This document shows positions 48,077 to 58,852 of a stretch of 64,000 nucleotides of DNA, piece after piece. Each line of letters starts with the position of its first letter. Position 1 is the stretch's first letter. Origin of the DNA: an uncultured delta proteobacterium (GTDB lineage: Bacteria; Myxococcota_A; Polyangia; Polyangiales; Polyangiaceae); the NCBI GenBank assembly GCA_963806225.1, contig CAWDXG010000004.1:800001-864000 (forward strand). The letters run 5' to 3'. Position numbers and translations under genes: made by a program. The notes under the pieces are model-generated. The model did not search any database and was not told the origin of the DNA. It was given only the letters and a program-made list of their open reading frames with translations.

Positions 48077-49189
48077 CTACAGAGTGAACGACACCTCGGC
48101 GCCGATATCCATGGAAAACACCGTCTTGTCGCCGCTGACCCAGAGCGTGGGAGCGACGGCATCGAGCACCAGGTCGACGCTGTCGCTGACCGAATAGCCG
48201 AGGCCCAGGGACGCGCGCATCACCGGGCCGTTCTTCGGCAGGTAGCCGATGCCGTAGCGAAGCGGGAGCTGCAGCGCGCCGGAGTGCGACAGGCGCACGC
48301 GGTAGTCGACCATCAGCAGCGTGAGCACGTTGCTGGCGCGGCCGTCCTTGCCCTTCAGGTTGGCGTAGGCGACGTAGGCGCCGGCGGCCACGTCGGGCGT
48401 GAAGCGGTAGTCGAGCCGCGCGCCCGCGAGGTGGTTGTAGAACCGACCGGAAACACCGATGGCGCCTTCGGTCTGGATTGCCAGCCGGAAGCGATCGAAA
48501 CGCGGCCGCGGCGGCGGGACCGGCCGCGGCGGGGGCGGCATGCCCGGCGACCGCGGCGGCCGCGGCGCGGCCGGCGCGGCAGGCGCGGGCGCAGGCGGCG
48601 CGGGCGTGGGCGGAGGGGCGGCCGACGGCGCCGGCAGCGCCGACCGGAGCAGCCAATCGACGACCGCGCGCAGGTCACCCGCGCCGGCGTCGCCCTGGGC
48701 CGACCAGGGCCCGCGTCCGTCCGCGCTGGCCACCTGCACGCGCACCACGTAGCGGCCGCCGCGCGCCGTCACCACGGCCGACACGCCGCGCGCGGCGCCG
48801 AGCCGCTTTGCGACGTGCAGCACGTCTGCGGCCGTCGGCGCACCGGCGAGGCCGACCTGGCCGACCGCGCTGCGCGTGGCAACCGCGTCGGTCGGCGCGT
48901 AGCCGAGCTCCCCGGCGGTCCGACGCAGCTCTTCGGTCACCGCGGAGCCAATCACCGGATCGACGCCGATGGCGACCGCGTCGAGAACGGCGACCTGGGG
49001 CCGCGCGGCCGGCGCGGCAGGCGCGGGCGCAGGCGGCGCGGCGGGCGCGGGCGCAGGCGGCGCTGCGGGCGCGGGCGCAGGCGGCGCTGCAGGCGCGGGC
49101 GCGGGTGGCGCGGCGTTCTGGGCGCGTGCGGGAGCCGCGCACGACAAGGCGAGCGCGACCAAGTACGGGGTCCTGTAGCGAGAAGCCAC
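48077..49189 (-). CDS. Secreted protein with Pro/Ala repeats and a beta-strand-rich (barrel-like) C-terminus
   Basis: Signal peptide; (APPAPAPA)x4; alternating beta-strand pattern ending EVSFTL. Confidence 0.7.
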   Translation of the reverse strand: MASRYRTPYLVALALSCAAPARAQNAAPPAPAPAAPPAPAPAAPPAPAPAAPPAPAPAAPAARPQVAVLDAVAIGVDPVIGSAVTEELRRTAGELGYAPTDAVATRSAVGQVGLAGAPTAADVLHVAKRLGAARGVSAVVTARGGRYVVRVQVASADGRGPWSAQGDAGAGDLRAVVDWLLRSALPAPSAAPPPTPAPPAPAPAAPAAPRPPRSPGMPPPPRPVPPPRPRFDRFRLAIQTEGAIGVSGRFYNHLAGARLDYRFTPDVAAGAYVAYANLKGKDGRASNVLTLLMVDYRVRLSHSGALQLPLRYGIGYLPKNGPVMRASLGLGYSVSDSVDLVLDAVAPTLWVSGDKTVFSMDIGAEVSFTL

Positions 49190-49201
49190 GTGCCGAGTCC
49201 T

Positions 49202-50061
49202 CTACCGCGCCCGACGCCTCCAGCCGAGCGCGAAAGCACCCAGCGCCAGCGCGAGCCAGCCGCTGCCGCCGGCGCGACGACCGCCCGCGACGCGGCAGCC
49301 GTAGAAGAACGGCGGCTTGATGGTGTCCACGCACACGGTGCGGTTCGCACTGGCCAACGTCTTTCCGGTGAGATCGCGCACCAGCGCGGCGAAGCAGACA
49401 TGACCGGTCGCCTCGTCGACCGTGCGCGATCACCCGGACGGTGTTTTTGGAGGGCATGGCGCGCACGTCCACCGGCGCGGGAGCGTCCAGCCCGGGCCCC
49501 GAAGTCTGGAACACGACCAGCGCCAGCGCGTCGCGACCGGAATCATCGTCCGCCGGAGCCAGATCGAGATCGAACACGAAACGCTCCTCGATCGAATCGG
49601 TGCAGTCGTCGCGCTTGCGCTGCACGTCCCAGTGGACGCCGGTCACGCCGTCGAACGACGGCGCAGCGCCGTCGGGCCCGCTGCCGACCGTGAAGGTGAC
49701 GTCACGACCGCGCCCCTTGCTGGCGGTCGCGATGCCGCGGAGCTGGGGCCAGTGCGCCGTGTACGCCTTTCCGGCCGCCAGCGGCGCATCCGGCGTGAGC
49801 GTGAGGATACCCTCGGCGGAGTCGAAGCTGACCTTCGCCGGAACCTGTGTGCCGGTCGGAGTCCTCCAGCGGCACGTCTTCGCCCAGGTAGTCCGCGGTG
49901 TGGGCGTAGATGGCGCTGGGCGTCGCGTCGGTCGGCACACCGTCCGCACCGTCGGGCGGCAATGCGTCCAGCAGGTCCGGCTTGCCGCACGGAGCGGCCT
50001 GGGCCGCCATGGAAACGAACAGGGCGCCCGCCGTCGCGAGCAGGAGCATCGCCCGCCTCAC
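49202..50061 (-). CDS. Ig-like (Big_5-type) domain protein with a MYXO-CTERM-like tail; at least 2 frameshifts (about 49855 and 49425)
   Basis: PPDGADGVPTDA...LTLTPDAPLAAGKAYT; the third frame ends FFYGCRV...WLALALGAFALGWRRRAR*. Confidence 0.65.
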
Positions 50062-50678
50062 AGGCTGCACGTCACCTCGTCGCAGGAACCCAAAAGCTCC
50101 TGCGAGTTGCCGTTGTGATTCGAGATCGTAGGTGTCGACGCAGCAGTAGCCATTGTCGATGCAGCACTGCTCGAGCGCGGCCGAGCCATGTTCGGCGTTG
50201 GCGACGGCCTGGCACTCCGGCGGGGGTGCTTGCTCCAGGCACAGGCCGAAGGAGCGTCCATCGGCGGTGCACGTCTGCACGCCCCAGTAGCGGCAGTACG
50301 ACAGGTAGCAGACGCGCTGGCTTCCCGGGACGCACAGATCGCAGCGTTTCGGACACTTGCTCATGTGCCCGGCCACGCAGTAGCTCTGGCCACCGCCGGG
50401 GCAGGCTTGGCCGGGATGCCGTCGTCGATCTTGCCGTTGCAGTCGTCGTCGACGCCGTTGCACGTCTCCGCGGACGGGGTGCAGTGACCGACCGGCGCGT
50501 CGGGGAGCGTGCTCGCGTCGCCGGCGTCGACCTGACCCGGCAATGCGGCGTCGTCGTAGGGCGCGAGATCCTCCGCACCAAGCCCCGTTCGACTGCACCC
50601 GGCGCTGGACCAGGCGATGAAAAGGCAGAGCGCCACAAATACGGACGCTCGACACCAGCCTTTCGGTCGCTGCCCCAC
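50058..50678 (-). CDS. Cys-rich lipoprotein with an ETCNGVDDDCNGKIDD motif; 2 frameshifts (about 50405 and 50120)
   Basis: Lipobox SAGC; segments joined from ORFs 50361..50678, 49702..50889 and 50058..50261. Confidence 0.65.
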
Positions 50679-50734
50679 GGCACCAGCGTAGCAGCGCGGC
50701 CTTGTCTTGGCTATCGTGCCCGTAGCCCCCGCTC

Positions 50735-51625
50735 ATGAGTGCTGCTCGCATCTCTCGTCTTCTGCTTGCCCTGTGCGCGGCAAGCACGCCCGCGCTCGCG
50801 CAGACGCCCGCCGGCGCACCGGCGGCTCCGGGCACCGCGCCGTCTGCGCCGCCGCCGACAACGTATCCTCCGGCGTCGCCACAGGGCAACGCGCCGGGCT
50901 ACGCGCCGGGCTACGCGCCGGGCTACGCGCCGCCCGCCTATCCGCCTCGGCCTCCCGCACCGCCGCCTCCCCCGCCACCCAGCCCAGCTCACGAGCGGAA
51001 GATCGCCAACGCGCACGCCGATCGGGTGCTGCTCGCGCCAACGGCGTACACGCACCCCGGCGGCAGCTTCTACGCCACCAGCTACGACATCGCGCTCCTG
51101 CAGATAGGCTACGCGCTCAACGACAGCACGCAGATCTCCGTCACCGGCACGCCGCCGGTGGAAGGCGTGCTGCCGCTCGACCTCAGCTTGAAGACGCGCG
51201 TGCTCGACGAGAGGCGCGTGCGCATCGCGCTCATCGCCTCCGCCACCGGCATCGTCGGGCTCAACCAGGGCGACTTCTTCCTCGGCCGCGGTGGCGGCGT
51301 CGTGCAGCTCTGCTTCGACGACGCTTGCAAGGGCAGCTTCTCGATTGGCTCCACGCTGCTGCTCGCCGGACCGGCTTCGCTCATGGCGAGCGGAGCCGGC
51401 GCGATCGTTCCGGTCGCCCACTGGCTGCACCTGCTCTTCGAAGCCGACACGCTTCTGCCGATCGGGCGCGAGGCGGGCCCGTACAACGGCGCTACGCTGG
51501 GCGCCGGAGCGCGCTTCCCGTTCAGGAGCTGGGCGATCGACATCGGCGCGGTGCGCGCCCTCGGCACCACCAGCTCCAGCGCCACCATGCCGCTGCTCGC
51601 CATCACCTACCGCCACGTGCCGTAG
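50735..51625 (+). CDS. Secreted Pro-rich protein with a beta-strand-rich C-terminal domain
   Basis: Signal peptide; APGY repeats; RVLLAPTAYT; amphipathic beta pattern. Confidence 0.7.
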   Translation: MSAARISRLLLALCAASTPALAQTPAGAPAAPGTAPSAPPPTTYPPASPQGNAPGYAPGYAPGYAPPAYPPRPPAPPPPPPPSPAHERKIANAHADRVLLAPTAYTHPGGSFYATSYDIALLQIGYALNDSTQISVTGTPPVEGVLPLDLSLKTRVLDERRVRIALIASATGIVGLNQGDFFLGRGGGVVQLCFDDACKGSFSIGSTLLLAGPASLMASGAGAIVPVAHWLHLLFEADTLLPIGREAGPYNGATLGAGARFPFRSWAIDIGAVRALGTTSSSATMPLLAITYRHVP

Positions 51626-51654
51626 CCGGCACGATTCCCCGCCCCGGGGCAGGT

Positions 51655-52677
51655 CTAGAAGCGCCCGGTGAGACCGAGCGCGAATCCACCGCCGGCGAGG
51701 GGGCCGCCAGCGGGCGCGAAAGTCGGCGTTTTCGCGACCGATTCGAGGTCTTTCGGCAGCTTGCGCTTGCGCACGCCGTCACGGAACTCGGGCTTGTACG
51801 CGATCTGGGCCTGCACGATGCCGAGCACCGCCACGCCGACGAAGCCCCAGCCCGTTGCCTCGAGCACCTTGTACGCGGTCCTGCTGTTCCGTCTGAGCGC
51901 GGCGGCCTTGCCGGGATCGAAGCCCTGGTTCGCGTAGCTCGACTCCAGCACCATCATCGCGAACGCCGTGCCGCCGAGCAGCGTCTCGCTGGTCAGGAAC
52001 GTCCACCCCAACGCCGGCTGGCGATTCTGGAACTGGCCCACCCCGAACGGGATCGCAGCGAGCCAGCGCGAGTTCTTCGTAACAATCGTCTCCTCCGAGG
52101 CGAGCTTCTTCAGCCGCGCGATGCGTTCGTGCCGCTGCTTCTCCTTGTGCTCCGCCTTCTGCGCCTGCGCCTGCGCCAGCTTGATGCGCTTCTGCTCCTG
52201 CTCGTGGATGTACGCGAGCATGCTCTGGCGCACCTGCAGGAAGTGATCGACGACCACCTGGGGGAAGATCGTGCCGTTGGGAGGCTTCATCTGCGGGTTG
52301 TCGCGGATGGCGTCGCGGAGCGGCTGGTCGGCCTTGCCCGGATGCCCGCTGCCGATCAGGCAGGCCGCGTAGTACACGCGCGCGGTCTGGATGATGTGCA
52401 CATCGCGAAGCGCGCGCCCGCTCTTCGAGTCCAGCAGCTCGGCGAAGTCGCTGGCGCACTTTCTGTACTGTCCGGACTCGTACAGGTTCACGCCGCGCGC
52501 CAGCTCGGCATCGTCACCGAGATGTTCCGGCGCGGCGGGCGGCTGATCCGCGGGCGGCTGCCCCGCGGGCGCATCGCCCTGCCCCGGCCCTTTCGGCTGG
52601 GCACGCGCGCCTCTCGCGGAGCCGAGGGCTGCCGCGCACACGAGGGCTGCAGGAATACAGAGTCGAATCGAGCTCAT
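51655..52677 (-). CDS. Secreted TPR-like protein with C-terminal membrane segments (neighbour of a kinase)
   Basis: Signal peptide; GVNLYESGQY..CA; coiled segment; IPFGVGQFQN; ends LGLTGRF. Confidence 0.72.
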   Translation of the reverse strand: MSSIRLCIPAALVCAAALGSARGARAQPKGPGQGDAPAGQPPADQPPAAPEHLGDDAELARGVNLYESGQYRKCASDFAELLDSKSGRALRDVHIIQTARVYYAACLIGSGHPGKADQPLRDAIRDNPQMKPPNGTIFPQVVVDHFLQVRQSMLAYIHEQEQKRIKLAQAQAQKAEHKEKQRHERIARLKKLASEETIVTKNSRWLAAIPFGVGQFQNRQPALGWTFLTSETLLGGTAFAMMVLESSYANQGFDPGKAAALRRNSRTAYKVLEATGWGFVGVAVLGIVQAQIAYKPEFRDGVRKRKLPKDLESVAKTPTFAPAGGPLAGGGFALGLTGRF

Positions 52678-52756
52678 CCGGACCACTGACCCAGGCGCGC
52701 AGAACGGCGCCTAGGGCCAGGAGATGGGGAAGGTTCGACCGGGCGCCAGGTGCACG

Positions 52757-54574
52757 TCAATTGGTTTGGGCTCGTCCGTGCTGCCTGGCGGCGGAAACTT
52801 GGTGCAGGTGGCCGACAGACGCGGCCCGTTCATCGGTGATCGTGCGGGATCCGGGCGCGGTCAGCTTGCCAGGGAAAAGCTCACCACACGTCAGCACCAT
52901 GCCGGCCGGACCGGTGGCCTGGAGCGTGGCGTCCTTGAACGGGATCTCGCCGTACTCGGTCTGTTGCTTGTCCGCGACGACCGTGAAGAACTTCGGCTTC
53001 GGCGTCTCGCAGCAGTCGGCGTTCGGGGGCACGAAGTCCAGCCGGTGCTTGCCGGCCGCGAGCGAGTACATCTTGCCGAACGGGCTCTCCGCCGGTCCGT
53101 TGTCGATCCGCACCGTGCCGCCCGTCGCACCCCGGATGACGACCCGCACCTGGCCCGTCCCCTTCGTGGCGGTGGGCGCCGTGGGTACGTGCAGCACCGT
53201 CCGCGCCGGATGCGGCGAGCGCGGGTGCGGCGCCGACGCGCTGGTTCCCGGCTTGGCGATGTCGGCCTTGATGCGCGGCAGACTGTCGAGCGGGTGATAT
53301 TCCTTTTTCGCCGCGCCGCCCCGACCGTGGGCGCCGTCGAGCCCGGGGCTGCCCTGCGCCGGCTTGCTGCGCGCCGCGCGCACCACGCCGTAGGCGACGC
53401 CACCCAGAAGCGCGCTGCCACCGACGATCACCGCGACGCGCGCCGCCACGCGCTTGAGCCGCTCCGCACGCGCCAGCCCCGCCACCTGCCGGAGCAGATC
53501 CGCATCGTCGGGGCGGAACGCCAGGGCGCGGTTGTAGGCCGCCGCGGCGTCCGTCACCTCGCGCTGCGAGCGCGCGCGGCGTCCGAGGTCCACGAGCCGC
53601 GCCATGATACGCGGTTCGTACTCCTTGCGATACGCCTCGGGATCCTCGAGATACTCCGCGAGCTCGCGCCGCGGGTCGTCGAAGCCGAGCCGCGTAAGCT
53701 CCGAGCGCAGCGCCTCGGACATCGCGGCCGCCGACTCGTAGCGCTGCTCCTGATCGCGGGCGAGCGCCTTGTGCACGATGCGCGCGAAGCGCGCGCCCAC
53801 CGTGGGCCGGGCGCGATCGGCCGGCGTGAAGATGCCGTCGAGCACGCGCCTGAGCACCTGCGCCGGATTGCGCCCGTCGAACGGCAATTTTCCGACCAGA
53901 CACTCGTAGAACAGCACACCGAGCCCGAACACGTCGGCGCGCGCGTCCACCTCGCCGCCCTCGATCTGCTCGGGCGCCATATGCGCCGGCGAGCCCAGCA
54001 CCTGCCCCGTGGACGTAACGCCCTGCGCGTCCAGCAGCTTCGCGATGCCGAAATCGGTGATCTTGATCCGCGTCACACCGCCCTCGGTACTCCGCTCGCT
54101 CGAACGCCGCGTGTCGACGCCCTCCTCGGGCAGATCGACCAGCACGTTCTCCGGCTTCACGTCGCGATGCACGACGCCCTGCTGGTGCGCGTGCTCGAGC
54201 GCCGCAGCGATCTCCAGCGCGACCGCGGCGGCGATTTCCGCCGGCATGTGCCCGGTGTTGTTCAGGAGCTTGCGCAGCGTGGTGCCACGCACCAGCTCCA
54301 CGACCAGATAGCGCTCGGGATCGTCCTCGTCCGAGACGTCGTAGACCTCGACGATGTTCGGATGGCGCAGCTTCGCCACCGCGCGCGCCTCGCTCACGAA
54401 CCGCGCCCCGACCTCGACGCTCTCGCGAAGATGCCGGTGGATGACCTTGACCGCTACATCGCGCCCGAGCCGCCGGTCGTGCGCGCGGTACACGGTCGCC
54501 ATGCCGCCGTGACCGACCTCCTCGAGGAGCTCGTACTTGTCGAGCTTCGGCATGAGCTCGGCCGGCAGGCTCAT
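52757..54574 (-). CDS. Membrane Ser/Thr protein kinase
   Basis: GHGGMATVY, VAVK, HRDVKPEN, DFG, GSPAHMAPEQ; TM helix; PEGA-like extracellular part. Confidence 0.95.
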   Translation of the reverse strand: MSLPAELMPKLDKYELLEEVGHGGMATVYRAHDRRLGRDVAVKVIHRHLRESVEVGARFVSEARAVAKLRHPNIVEVYDVSDEDDPERYLVVELVRGTTLRKLLNNTGHMPAEIAAAVALEIAAALEHAHQQGVVHRDVKPENVLVDLPEEGVDTRRSSERSTEGGVTRIKITDFGIAKLLDAQGVTSTGQVLGSPAHMAPEQIEGGEVDARADVFGLGVLFYECLVGKLPFDGRNPAQVLRRVLDGIFTPADRARPTVGARFARIVHKALARDQEQRYESAAAMSEALRSELTRLGFDDPRRELAEYLEDPEAYRKEYEPRIMARLVDLGRRARSQREVTDAAAAYNRALAFRPDDADLLRQVAGLARAERLKRVAARVAVIVGGSALLGGVAYGVVRAARSKPAQGSPGLDGAHGRGGAAKKEYHPLDSLPRIKADIAKPGTSASAPHPRSPHPARTVLHVPTAPTATKGTGQVRVVIRGATGGTVRIDNGPAESPFGKMYSLAAGKHRLDFVPPNADCCETPKPKFFTVVADKQQTEYGEIPFKDATLQATGPAGMVLTCGELFPGKLTAPGSRTITDERAASVGHLHQVSAARQHGRAQTN

Positions 54575-54915
54575 GGCGGAGCCCCCGCGCTATCGCTCCT
54601 GTCGCCGCGCAGCGCTCCGCCGCGAACCTGCTTCGTATGGGCGGCAGGCCCCCTCGTGCAGACGTTCCTTGCGCGATGGAAAACCACTGTGATCAGCCGT
54701 TAGCTCTGCACCCAGTAGCCCTGGGCGGGCGCTCGCAATCCCAAGCTATCAGCTAATAGTAGCCGCTACCCATCGAGCCAGCACCGGCTCGACTCGAGGC
54801 GGACAGCGGATACGGCTATCGCTTATACCGTCCTTCGGGGGCACCCCGGAAGGCCACACAGCAGGCCCACCCTCCACGTCAGCGCAGCCCCCAGCACGGC
54901 CCCGCTGCCCCAAGA

Positions 54916-54953
54916 CGTAGCAAAATGTCACATATATGTGGCATTTTGCTACG
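54916..54953. repeat. 38-bp AT-rich near-perfect palindrome
   Basis: CGTAGCAAAATGTCACATATATGTGGCATTTTGCTACG; one non-complementary pair (T54928/G54941). Confidence 0.9.
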
Positions 54954-55088
54954 GACACAGGCCACTGTCCGGCCGAAATGGCCGCGCAGGTGCAGTGCAG
55001 GGCCGCCTCAGGGCGCCGCGGCGCGGCGGCCGGGGCCCGCCGTGGCTGGCTCGCCGATTCGTGCCCGGTCGGCTACAAAGCGCCGACC

Positions 55089-56345
55089 ATGACCGGATTC
55101 GAACGCGACGCCGCGGGCGCGGCAATGCTGGGCGGAGCGCGGCTCGCCGATCTGCTGGCCGCGGCGAAGACGCCCACGCCAGCCTACGTCTACGACCTCG
55201 ACGCGATGGCGGCCGGCACCCGCGCGCTGGTCGGCGCGTTCGGGGCTGCGCCGAGCGTGGTCGCCTACGCGGTCAAGGCCAACACGGCGGGCTCGGTGGT
55301 GCGGGCGCTGGCGCGGGAGGGCGCGGGCGCCGACGTGGTGTCGGCGGCCGAGCTCGAGGTGGCGCTCGGCTGCGGCGTCGAGCCGGCGCGCATCGTGATG
55401 AGCGGCGTCGCCAAGAGCGACGCGGAGCTGGACCGCGCCATCGCCGCAGGCATCCACGCCATCCAGCTCGAGAGCGTGGAGGAGATCGCGAGGGTCGCCG
55501 CGCGCGCGCGCTCCCAGAGCCAGCGTGCCCGCGTGTCGCTACGCATCAATCCCGGCATCGAGATCGACTCCCACGCGCACGTCGCGACGGGCCACGACGA
55601 AGCCAAATTCGGCATCGTACGCGAGGACCTCGCGCGAGCCTGGGAGCTCATCGACCGCGAGCCGGACGCACTGTCGGCGGTCGGCGTCTCCACGCACGTG
55701 GGCTCGATGCTGGAAACGCCGGCGCCGTACCTGGAGTCGGCCCAGGTCGTGTGCGACGCGGCTCGCGCGCGCCTGGGTACGGGGCATGCGCTCGAGTTCG
55801 TCGACTTCGGGGGCGGTTTCGCCATCGACTACGGACAGGGGCCGGTGCAGCCGCCGTCGGACTTCGCGCGCGCCGCGCTCGAGCTGCTCGCGCGTGAGGG
55901 GCTCGACAAGCTCGAGCTCATCGTGGAACCGGGCCGCGCGCTGGTCGCGCCGCACGGCGTGCTGGTCGCGCGCGTACTCCAGGGCAAGCACAGCGGCGAG
56001 CGGCGCTGGGTGATGCTCGACGCCGGCATGAACGACCTGATCCGCCCGGCGCTGTACCAGGCCGTGCACCGCATCGAGCCGCTGGAACGCCCGCCCGGCG
56101 GAACCGCGTGGCGGGTGGTGGGACCGGTCTGCGAGAGCGCGGACGACTTCGGCGCACACGCACTGGGCGATCCGCTGCCAGAGGCCGTCGTGATCCGCGA
56201 CGCGGGCGCGTACGGCTTCGTGATGGCGAGCGAGTACAACGGCCGCGCCCTGCCCGCCGAGCTGTTCGTGAGCGGCGGCAAGGTCGTCAAGGTGAGCCCG
56301 AGCGCAGGCGCTCGCGACTGGGTCGAGCGACGCCTGCGGGCGTGA
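55089..56345 (+). CDS. lysA: Diaminopimelate decarboxylase
   Basis: TPAYVYD, YAVKAN (PLP Lys), KFG, HVGS, DFGGG, EPGR, GMNDLIRPALY, GPVCESAD, AGAYG..MASEYN. Confidence 0.93.
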   Translation: MTGFERDAAGAAMLGGARLADLLAAAKTPTPAYVYDLDAMAAGTRALVGAFGAAPSVVAYAVKANTAGSVVRALAREGAGADVVSAAELEVALGCGVEPARIVMSGVAKSDAELDRAIAAGIHAIQLESVEEIARVAARARSQSQRARVSLRINPGIEIDSHAHVATGHDEAKFGIVREDLARAWELIDREPDALSAVGVSTHVGSMLETPAPYLESAQVVCDAARARLGTGHALEFVDFGGGFAIDYGQGPVQPPSDFARAALELLAREGLDKLELIVEPGRALVAPHGVLVARVLQGKHSGERRWVMLDAGMNDLIRPALYQAVHRIEPLERPPGGTAWRVVGPVCESADDFGAHALGDPLPEAVVIRDAGAYGFVMASEYNGRALPAELFVSGGKVVKVSPSAGARDWVERRLRA

Positions 56346-56366
56346 GCCCGGGCGCCACGCCGGCTG

Positions 56367-58562
56367 TCAGTTGTCCGAGCCGCTGCGTGTCTTGGGCGCA
56401 GCTGTGGAGCCCGTACGCCGGGCGCGCCGGCGCGTGCCGCTCGGCTTGCGTGAACCGTTCGAGCCCACGGCCTCGGTCTTCGTGCTGGAGCTGCGGCGCG
56501 GTGGGGGTGCCATCGAATCCAGTACGGTGCACCTCGCCTTCGACCAGGACCTCCACACCGAGCGCGCGACAGCGACGCGCCAGCTTGTCCGCGTCGACGC
56601 CCGGCGCGAGCAGCAGCCCCGCAGGCGGGAGACGGATCCACGAACAGATCGGCGGTCTGCCGCCGCGTGCGGAGCATCTCGCGCACTTCCGGATCTTCCA
56701 CCCAGAGAAAGCCCTGCGTCTGCACCAGCTCGCCGCGTCCGATCACGGCGCTCGCCTGCACCAGCAGCCGCTCGATGGGATCGGGCAGTGGCGCGATGAC
56801 TTCCAGCCGCGTCTTGATGAGCTCCGGCTCGAGCCCCGCGCTGAGCGCGAGCGACAGGGTCTGCTGCGTGATCGATACGTCGAACTGGCCCGTGACCTGC
56901 CCGATCTCCACGAGCGGAGCGAGCGCGGCGATGTTGCCGACGCGCTCCTGGGACCCGATCCGCAGCGCCTGGTTGTCGACGAAACGGCTGGCGTCCGTCT
57001 GGAGGCTCGGCTGCGTGTCGGCCAGGAACGCGCGCCCGCGCGGAGTGATGCGCAGGGTCGTGCCCGGCTCCCCGGAGTCCGGATCGCCGAGATCCACGAC
57101 GCCGAGTACGTGCAGGCTCTCGAGCGCGACGCGCCGTGCGACCTCGGCGGGTGTCATCGGCTTCGACCCCGGCCCGCGCCGCCCAGCGCTCCAGCAGGCG
57201 TGCGAGACCCGGCGTGCGGCTGTCGGCGCGCACGTAGGCGGCCACCGCTTCCCACGGCGCCCAGTTGCCGTCGCCGAGCTCGCGCAGTGCGTCGAGCACC
57301 ATCTCGCGGACCACGCCGACCGCGCTGGCTTCGCGCGCTTCACCGGTCGCGCGCAGCACCTCGCCGTCGGGGCGGGCTTCATCCCACGCGCCGCCGCGAC
57401 GCCAGGCATTGAACAAGAGCGTGCCGAGCTCCTGGACGCGGTAGGAGCCGGGCGGCGACGTGACGCCCATCACCGAGGGATCCCACAGGCCGATCGCGCG
57501 GCTGAGAGCCGCCAGAAGGGCGACTGCCTCCTGATCGCGACCGAACCGCGAGGAGAAGCGCGCCAGCAGCGAGCGCGGGGTGCCCACGCCAGGCCGGATC
57601 TCCACCGACGGGATCGCGAACGGCCAGAGCCATGGCCAGCGCTAGCGGAACCGGATCCTCTGCGAAGCGGGCGCGCCGCGGATCGTGATCCTCGTCGAGC
57701 ACGTAGCTCTGGATCTCCCGGCGCTGGGCGTCGCGCTCGGCGCGGCGCCCGTGCGCCGACCACCGAGCGCGACCTCGGACGGGATCAGGTGCCGGTTCGG
57801 GATGCACCGGGATCAGGAAGCCGCGCCGTTCCAGAGCGAACCCGACCCCGCGCCGCGAGGGCGTGACACCGGTGGCGCCGCGCAGGCGCATCGGCTCGCG
57901 CTCCAGGTCCAGAAGCTCCTCGGTATCCACCTCGCCGCCGACCTTCTCGACCGCGCGCAGCAGCTTGCGCTCGAGCGGCGCGAGCGATTCCACTTCCTTC
58001 TTGAGCGCCGCGGGATCGCTGAGCACCTCCCACGCCGGCTCCATCGATAGCGCCAACGGCGGCGTCGCGGGGCGCCCCAGGTAGTGCGACGCGATGCTGC
58101 TGGCCACCTCCGGGCTCGACTGGGCGAGGAGCGCGCGCAGGCCGCGCGGATCCTCGCCTTCCCAGGTGCGCATCTGGCACATGTAGGCGATGGGAAGCAG
58201 CAGCTCGACGGCGTTCTTGGTCCCGCGCGCGAAGACAATGCCGCGCTGGCCACGAGCGGCTCGACGGGGGCCGGCAGGGCCTCCACGAGCAGCGAGCCCC
58301 TGGACTCGGCGATGCGGTAGAGCAGCTCCCGCGTGGGCCCGGGAAGCTGGGACGGGTCCCTCGCCTCGGGCAGCATCAGGAGCGCGCGGGCCACTTGCGA
58401 CGGCACATCGATGCGCTTGGCTTTATCGACGGCGATCCCGAGCCGGGCGACGAGCGAGGCGATTTCCCGTTCGGGCAGCTGACGCAGGATGTCGACGAGC
58501 CGCAGCGCACGCAGGCCCGCCCCGCTGGACGCTGACCTCGGCTCCTGTGAACGACTCGGCAT
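56367..58562 (-). CDS. Helicase-associated (Helicase_C_3-like) domain protein; about 5-6 frameshifts
   Basis: Coherent protein-like segments across ORFs 57813..58739, 57379..58182, 56367..57605 and 55829..57409; ITQQTLSLALSAGL...LEVIAPLP resembles Helicase_C_3. Confidence 0.55.
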
Positions 58563-58852
58563 GGTTTCGACCCCGGGGCCTACTCGGCCCAATGCTTCCA
58601 GCAAAGCTCGAATCCGACGCGCTGTCCAGTGGATCGGCGGAGCAGCAACATTGCTAGACTGCGGGCCTTGTCTCCGCCGGAACCCCCACGCAGCGCAGTC
58701 CGCAAAATAATCCATGGGCACACGCGCTGCTCGACGCAAGGCGCTAGCACGACAAAGAACGTGATCTCGATGGCTTATTGTCCGATCCTGGGCACCGCGG
58801 CCGGCGCCGCGGAGAGCTCCTCTCCGGCCTCGCGCCCAGGGCGAGACGACCG

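Noticed and set aside
54916..54953. dif (XerCD) site
   Set aside because: No CATAA-N6-TTATG arrangement and no TTATGTTAAA-like XerD arm.
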